Of a DNA stretch of 64,000 bases, positions 56,149 to 64,000 are shown piece by piece. Numbering within the stretch: the first letter of the stretch is position 1; each line of letters starts with the position of its first letter. The position numbers were made by a program, and so were the translations under genes. The notes beneath the pieces are model-generated. The model saw only the letters and a list, made by a program, of their open reading frames with translations. It was not told the origin of the DNA and ran no database searches. Origin of the DNA: the human T2T-CHM13v2.0 reference genome, Homo sapiens; assembly GCF_009914755.1 (NCBI RefSeq), contig NC_060941.1; one strand, 5' to 3'.

Positions 56149-56435
56149 TAATTTTGTATTTTTAGTAGAGACAGGATTTCTCCATGCTGGTCAGGCTGGT
56201 CTCAAACTCCCGACCTCAGGTGATCCACCCGCTTCAGCCTCCCAAAGTGCTGGGATTATAGGCGTGAGCCACTGCGCCTGGCCTATTTTTTTATTTTTTT
56301 AAGAGACAGGGTCTCACTGTCACCCAGCCTCAAGTGCAGCATACTACAGCCTTGAACTCCTGGATTCAAGCGATCCTCCTACCTCAGCCTCCTGAGTAGC
56401 TGGGACTATGGGCACATGCTGCCACACCTCGGTAA

Positions 56436-56576
<141 letters not shown>

Positions 56577-56862
56577 TAATTTTCATATCATTAGACAACC
56601 TGAAATTTTCTGTTGAAATTGATACTTGGTTTTCTTTTTCCTTTTCATTTTATTTTTTAAGACAGTGTCTTGCTCTGTCATCCAGGTTGGAGCGCAGGGG
56701 CATGAACACGGCTCACCCAAACTTGACTTCCTAAGCTCAAGGATGTCTTCTTGCCTCAGCCTCCTGAGTAGCTGGGACCAGAGGCACACACCACAATGTC
56801 CTGGTAACTTTTTTGTTGTTTTGGTAGCAATAGGGTCTCACCATGCTGGTCAGGCTGGATAC

Positions 56863-57112
56863 TTTTTTTTTTCTTCCTTCCTTCCTTCCCTTTCCTTCCT
56901 TTCTTCCTTTCCTTTCCTTCTTTTTCTTTTCTCTTTTTCTTTCTTTCTTCTCTCTCTCTTTCTCTTTCTCTCCCTTCCTTTTCTTCCTCCCTTCCCTTCT
57001 CCTTCCTTCTTTCCTTCCTTCCTTTCTTTCCTCCTTTCCTCCCTTCTTTTTCTTTCTTTCTTTCCTTCCTTCTTTCTTTCTTTCTTTTTCTTTTCTTTTC
57101 TTTCTTTCTTTC
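56863..57112. repeat. ~250-bp pure polypyrimidine/polypurine low-complexity tract ((TTCC)n/(TTTC)n)
   Basis: Essentially only C and T on the + strand. Likely an expanded tail of the adjacent minus-strand Alu. Confidence 0.9.
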
Positions 57113-57441
57113 ATCTTACTCTGTGACCCAGGCTGGAGTGCACTGGCACAATCACAGTTCACTGCACTGCAGCCTTGACCTCCTGGCCTCAGCTGATCCT
57201 CCTACCTCAGCCTCTGGAGTAGCTGGGACTACAAGCATGTGCCACCATGCCCAGCTAATTTTTTTGTATTTTTTGTAGAGACAGGTCAGGGTTTCCCTAT
57301 ATTGCCCAGGGTGGTCTCAAACTCCTGGGCTCCAAGAGATCTGCCTGCTTCAGCCTCCAAAAGTACTGGGATTACAGGCACGAGGCACCAGGCCTGGCCT
57401 GGCTTTATTTCTTCTTCTTCTTTTTTTTTTTTTTTTTTTGA

Positions 57442-57648
<207 letters not shown>

Positions 57649-57968
57649 TGAACTCCTGACCTCATGATCCGCCCGCCTGGGCCTCTCAAAGTGCTGGGAT
57701 TACAGGCGTGGGCCATCGTGCCCAGCTGCCTGGCTTTATTTTGAATAGCATCTCTGTTCAATTCTCTTCCTTCAACTACCTTTTCATAGTTTCCCCTAGT
57801 TTTATGTGTTCAATCACATTTGTCATTTGCCTAGTTAATCCAGCAGTTCTTACGCATTTTTCTTTTTTTAGACCGAGTCTCGCTCTGTCACCCAGGTTGG
57901 AGTGCAGTTGCACGATCTCAGCTCACTGTAACCTCTGCCTCCCAGGTTCAAGCGATTCTTGTGTCTGA

Positions 57969-58510
<542 letters not shown>

Positions 58511-58546
58511 TTTTGTTTTGTTTTGTTTGTTTGAGACAGGGTCTAG

Positions 58547-59063
<517 letters not shown>

Positions 59064-59159
59064 TAGTCAGGATGGTCTCGATCTCCTGACCTCGTGATTC
59101 ACCTGCCTTGGCGTCCCAAAGTGCTGGGATTACAGGCGTGAGCCACCATGTCTGGCCTT

Positions 59160-59199
59160 TGTGTGTGTGTGTAAGTGTGTGTGTGTGTGTGTGTGTGTG
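59160..59199. repeat. (TG)n microsatellite at the end of the HERV-H LTR
   Basis: About 20 TG units with one interruption. Confidence 0.9.
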
Positions 59200-59540
59200 C
59201 AACAAGGCTGTTTATTTCACCTGGGTGCAGGCGGGCTGAGTCTGAAAAAGGAGTCATCAAAGGGTGGTAGGATTATCATTAGTTCTTATATGGTTGGGGT
59301 AGGCACACAAAGTATGTTCTTAAGGGCGGGGGAGAATATTACAAAGTACCTTTTTAAGGGCGGGGGGAGACTATATCTTATCAGTTAGGGTGAGGCAGGA
59401 ACAAATCACAATGGTGGAATGTCATCAATTAAGGCCATTTTCACTTCTTTTGTGAATCCTCAGTTGCTTCAGGCCATCTGGATGTATACGTGCAGGTCAC
59501 AGGGGATATGATGACTTAGCTTGGGCTCAGAGGCCTGACA
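59198..59540 (-). mobile_element. HERV-H 3' LTR (LTR7 family), U3+R
   Basis: Minus strand begins TGTCAGGCCTCTGAGCCCAAGCTAAG at 59540, after a polypurine tract (aagacaggaa, 59541-59550). AATAAA at 59211-59216. Confidence 0.9.
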
Positions 59541-59748
59541 TTCCTGTCTTCCTATATTAATAAGAAAAACAAAACAAAATAGTGGTCAAGTGTTGGGGCA
59601 GTGAAAATTTTTGGGGATGGTATGGAGAGATAATGGGCGATGTTTCTCAGGGCTGCTTCCAGCGGGATTAGGGGCAGCATGGGAACCTACAGTGGGAGAG
59701 ATTAAGCTGAAGAAAGATTTTGGGGTAAGGGGTGATATTGTGGGGTTG

Positions 59749-60120
59749 TTAGAAGGAGCATTTGTCGTATAGAATTATTGGTGATGGCCTGATGCGGTTT
59801 TGTATGAATTGAGAAACTAAACGGAAGACACAAGGTCCGAATAAAAGAAGGAGAAAAATAGGTATTAAAGGACTAAGAATTGGGAGTACCCAGGACATCC
59901 AATTAGACAGTGTCCAAGGGGGTTCAACGTAATTATTTGTTTGGTTGGCGAGTTTTTGGGCTCTATCCTTGAGTTGTTTTATGTTGTCATATACCAGGCC
60001 AGACTGATTTAGGTAAAAACAACACTCTTCATTTAAAAATATACAGAGTCCTCCTTTTTCAGCAGTGAGTAAATCGAGGCCTTGGCGATTTTGGAGGAAA
60101 GAGAAATGCAAAGCCAGCAA
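59749..60120 (-). pseudogene. HERV-H env transmembrane-subunit fragment
   Basis: LQNRQGLDLLTAEKGGLCIFLNEECC plus a hydrophobic anchor (WVLPILSPLIPIFLLLLFGPC). No SU domain or signal peptide. Confidence 0.85.
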
Positions 60121-60416
60121 CTGTTTGTTTAAAAAGTATTAGAAACGGCTAGCAGAGAGTGAGAGAGATTGATAGTGTGGTGGAGATAGCTGGGGAGAGT
60201 TAGAGGGTGGCATAAGAACGAGAATGAGAATAAGAGTGAGTATAAAAGTAAAGAATAGGACTTCATCAGGGTGAAAGTGTTGGCATGTGTCCTGTCAGCA
60301 AAGATCCACTCCAAGAGGGAGTCAAGAGTGGTGGACTGGGGATAGATTTTCATGATGAAAAGGAAATGAGAGGTTTTAAGAGGCAGGCTATCGGCTTGTA
60401 ACCTACATGGAAGAGG

Positions 60417-61370
60417 TTATGAAATGACGACAGAATAGAATGGGCCTGTGAGGCTGGAAGGAGATTTTTTTTTTTTTTTTTTTGGGTCTAAGAACCATCT
60501 GCCTTGAGTGGAGAGGAATTGATAGGTGGAAACTTCATTTGGAGAGTAAATAGGAGTGACCAGTGAGAAAGAGAAAAGCTGGCCATGAGGGACAGAAGTT
60601 GGAACGCTAGCTGCTTCTTTAGCTACCTTATCAGCATAAGCGTTGCCCTGAGCGATGACATCTGATGCCTTTTGATGGCCCTTGCAGTGAATGACTCCAG
60701 CTTCCTTTGGAAGTAAAGCGACTTTAAGAAGCGTTTTTATTAAGGAGGCAATAATGATGGAGGACTCTTGTGTAGTGAGGAAATTTCTTTCTGCCCATGT
60801 AACAGCATGGTGGTGCAGGATACGGAAGGCATATTTAGAGTCAGTATAAATATTGACGTGTAGTCCCTTTGCAAGAGTGAGGGCCCAAGTTAAGGCAATG
60901 AGTTTGGCTTGCTGAGAGGTAGTGGAGGCGGGCAGAGCAGTAGCCTCAATGATAGATGTGGAGGATACTATAGCATAGCCTGCCTTTGCTGGTGAGTGGT
61001 GATTAGGCCTGGTGGAACTGCCATCAATAAACCAAGTGTGATCATGGTGAGAAACAGGAAAGACGGAAATATGGGGAAATGTGGTGACTGTCAGGTGGAT
61101 CAGAGAGATACAGTCATGGGGGTCAGTTCTGATATCCATAATAATGTGGGAGTTCGGATTGAAGTCTGGGCCAGGAACAATTGTAATTGTGGGAGACTCA
61201 ACAAAGACTGAGCATAGCTGAAGGAGCTGGGGGGCAGAAAGTATATGTGTCAAGTGTGAGGAGGAAAATAGATTTTGAAAGTTATGGGAACTGTAGACAG
61301 TAAGTGGAGCATAGCGTGTGATCTTGAGGGCCTCTAAAAGTATTAAAGCAGCGGGAGCCGCCACACACAA
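60417..61370 (-). pseudogene. HERV-H pol connection/RNase H fragment (317-codon open stretch)
   Basis: Retroviral RNase H motifs. SQQAKLIAL has K where the catalytic E is expected. Confidence 0.85.
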
Positions 61371-61699
61371 ACATGAGGGTTAGGCTAAAACAGTAAGGTC
61401 AAGTTGTTTGGACAGAAAGGCTACAGGGCACGGTCCTGGCTCTTGTGTAAGAATTCTGACCGCATAGCCCTGTACTTCAGGGTTGTGTAATGAAAAGGGT
61501 TGGGATGAGTTAGGGAGAGCTAGTTTGGGAGCAGCTTTTAGGGCTGTTTTTTAAGGAATGGAAAGGGGAGTGGGAAAAGGATTTAGGATTTATGGGGTCA
61601 GCTAGGTTTATCTAGAACAGAATAATGGGTTGTGGAGGGAGGTGTTGAGGATAGAAGAGTATATGGGTTTGGCACCACAGGGTAGATAGGCAAGACAAT

Positions 61700-62314
61700 T
61701 TAGTTGATAAGGTGCAGATCCTGAACTAACCTGTAAGACTTGTCTGGTTTTTGGACAGGTAAAATGGGGGAATTGTAAGGAGAGTTTATAGGCTTTAGAA
61801 GACCATGCTGTAGCAGGCGAGTGATAACAGGCTTTAATCCTTTTAAAGCATGCCATGGGATGGGATATTGGCGTTGATTGGAGTAAGGGTGATTAGGTTT
61901 TAATGGGATGGTAAGGCGTGCATGATCGGTCACCAAGGAGGGAGTAGAGGTGTCCCATACTTGTGGATTAAGGTGGGGAGATACAAGGGGAGGATGCGAA
62001 GAAGGCTTCGAACTGGGGAAAAGGGCAGCAATGAGGTGTGGCTGTAGCCCAGGGATAGTCAGGGAAGCAGATAATTTGGTTAACGTGTCTTCACCTAATA
62101 AGGGAGCTGGGCAGGTGGGGATAACTAAAACAGAGTGCATAAAAGAATGCTGTCCAAGTTGGCACCAGAGTTGGGGAGTTTTAAGAGGTTTAGAAGCCTG
62201 GCTGTCGATACCCTCAACAGTTATGGAGGCAAGGGAAACACGCCCTTGAAAAGAAGGTAATGTGGAGTGGGTAGCCTCCATATTGATTAAGAAGGGGATG
62301 GACTTACCCTCCAC
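61700..62314 (-). pseudogene. HERV-H protease and RT N-terminal fragment
   Basis: Active site degenerate (FLINMEAT instead of FLIDTGAT). RT start present, then truncated. Confidence 0.8.
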
Positions 62315-62427
62315 TGTAAGTCACCCAAAGCGTCTGTGATGGTCCTGTAGGCTTCCAAGGCGATCGGGCAGTGTCAGTCTTCAGCCACTAAGCTGAGAAG
62401 ATCTGGGAAGAAGTCAGTCAGAGAGCC

Positions 62428-62724
62428 TTAGGCCAGAGTTCCAGGTGCGCTGGGAGTGGCTGCCGGGCGAGTTGGACAGTCCGATTTCCAGTGGGGTCCC
62501 ACACAGATGGGACGTGGCTTAGGAGGAATCCCAGGCTGTGGGCATTCCTTGGCCCAGTGGCCAGATTTCCGGCACTTGAAGCAAGATCCTGGGAGAGGCA
62601 GTCCTGGAGGAATGCCTGGCCCCTGCGGTTTAGGCGTTTGGAAGTTCTTGTGTGCTGGAGATGTGGCTGGGGTTTCTCTCACAGCGGAGGCAAGTAATTG
62701 CAACTCTTCTCTATTATTGTACAC
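62428..62724 (-). pseudogene. HERV-H gag C-terminal nucleocapsid fragment
   Basis: CX2CX4HX4C knuckle and a degenerate second knuckle ([13 protein letters not shown]). Confidence 0.85.
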
Positions 62725-63904
62725 CTTGAAGGCGAGGTCAGTTAAGTCCTGTTGTGGGTTGAGGGCCAGAATCTAATTTTTGGAGCTTTTTCTAATGTCG
62801 GGAGTGGGTTTGGTAATAAAATGCATATTGAGAATAAGACAGCCTTCTGGCCCCTCTGGGTCTAGGGTGGTAAAGCATCTAAGAGTTGTTGCCAAACAGG
62901 CCATGGACTGGGCTGGGTTTTCATATTTGATGAAAAAGAGCCTAAACGCTAACTGATTTGGGAGAGGTCGGATAAAGAAAAAGGAGCATTAACCTTGGCT
63001 ATGCCTTCAGCTCCAGCCACCTCTCTAAGAGGAAATTGTTGGGCAGGTTGGGGAGGGCTAGTCGCAGAACGAAACTGTAAGCCAGATCGGGTGTGAGGAG
63101 GGGAGGTAATAGAAGGGTTCTACGGTGGGGGAGTGGAGGCTGAAGAAGAGTTGGGACTGGTGAGGAGCAGCCTGGGGAGGAGGGAAGAGGTCACATGGAT
63201 CTGTAGAAAAGGAGGATTCACAGGACTTAGAGCTTGGGGTGGAGACTGAAGGAACAGACAGGAGAGAAAGAAGAAAGATTTGGGACGAGTCGCATTGGGA
63301 GCAGAGACTAGGGAGGGGCCAATGTGTAAAAGAATGGCTGGACGTCAGGCACCTCAGACCATTTGCCCATTTTTTGACAAAAATTATCTAGATCTTATAA
63401 AATGGAGAAATCAAAAGTGCCGTTTTCTGGCTATTTAGAACTGTTATCGAGTTTGTATTGGGGTCAAGCAGTATTGCAGAAGAAAATAAGGCATTTAAGT
63501 TTTAGGTCAGGTGTGAGTTGAAGAGCTTTTAAGTTCTTGAGAACACAGGCTAAGGGAGGAGAAGGGGGAATGGAGGGCGGAAGTTTGCCCTAAGTGAAGG
63601 AGGTAAGTTTAAAGAGAAAAGTAGAGACACAGAGAAGAGGGGCGGTGAGTAGTCAAAGCAGGTGTTCCCGCAATTGACTTGCCACCAAGGGAATGTGGGT
63701 GAATGACCAAGGCAGGCATTCCCGCAGTGATCAGACACCAATGGAGTGTTGGTGAATAATCAGGCAGGCGTCCCTGCAGTGATTATACACCAAGGGAAGA
63801 CTGTCCTCCCGAGTCCGTGACCGGCACTGGAGTTTTGGGTCCATGGATAAAATGTGTCTCCTTGTCTCTACTAGAGAGGAAAAAGAACTGGAATTGGAAG
63901 GACA

Positions 63905-63982
63905 GGGAGATTAAAGGGTAGCGAGAGAGGAAGATTGTGAAGGGTAGTGAGAGAGGAAGATTGAAGGGTAGCGAGAGAGGCT
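63905..63982. repeat. ~26-bp tandem repeat x3 (agattgaagggtagcgagagagga-like) in the HERV-H leader
   Basis: Three imperfect copies visible. Confidence 0.75.
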
Positions 63983-64000
63983 GGTGAGGAGTGAAAAGAC

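Larger units (their letters stand above)
59541..64000 (-). mobile_element. HERV-H internal region (deleted type): leader, gag, pro, partial RT, RNase H and env TM remnant; continues beyond the window
   Basis: Gag zinc knuckle [14 protein letters not shown]; protease/RT start (PYNSPILPVQKPDKSYRLVQDL); RNase H (WFIDGSS, YTDSKYA, HCKGHQ, GNAYADKVAK); TM immunosuppressive motif LQNRQGLDLLTAEKGGLC...EECC. Confidence 0.92.

Noticed and set aside
56626-57178. Phe/Leu/Ser-rich and Lys/Glu/Arg-rich ORFs
   Set aside because: Translations of the low-complexity pyrimidine tract.
60417-61370. 317-aa HERV-H ORF as a possible domesticated RNase H
   Set aside because: No ATG at the listed start, the catalytic Glu position reads Lys, and the frame ends in a poly(A)-slippage frameshift; typical pol remnant.

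Overview
Human (primate) genomic DNA, very Alu-rich. The window holds the 5' half of the autophagy kinase gene ULK2 on the minus strand: a CpG-island promoter/exon 1 at ~37.4-39.1 kb and ten coding exons that I traced by GT-AG boundaries down to 9157 (787 nt, 262 codons plus 1 nt, almost the whole kinase domain). The gene continues past coordinate 1. Its introns contain a processed NDUFB4 pseudogene, a 3'-truncated U6 retrocopy, a tRNA-Gly(CCC) copy fused to an Alu right arm, and many Alu/L1/L2/MIR/LTR relics. Upstream lie more repeats and, from ~59.2 kb to the window end, a minus-strand, internally deleted HERV-H element. Nearly all ORFs in the supplied track are Alu translation artefacts. 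I found no clearly new biological system. The best leads are a TSD-flanked tRNA-Alu chimeric retroelement, three tandem uORFs in the ULK2 leader, a candidate 24/19-nt microexon and two candidate poison exons in ULK2 introns, two retro-insertions at one target site, a 149-bp templated inverted duplication, and a HERV-H 3' LTR that appears to stop at the R/U5 boundary. Repeat subfamily names and reference protein comparisons are from memory and were not searched.
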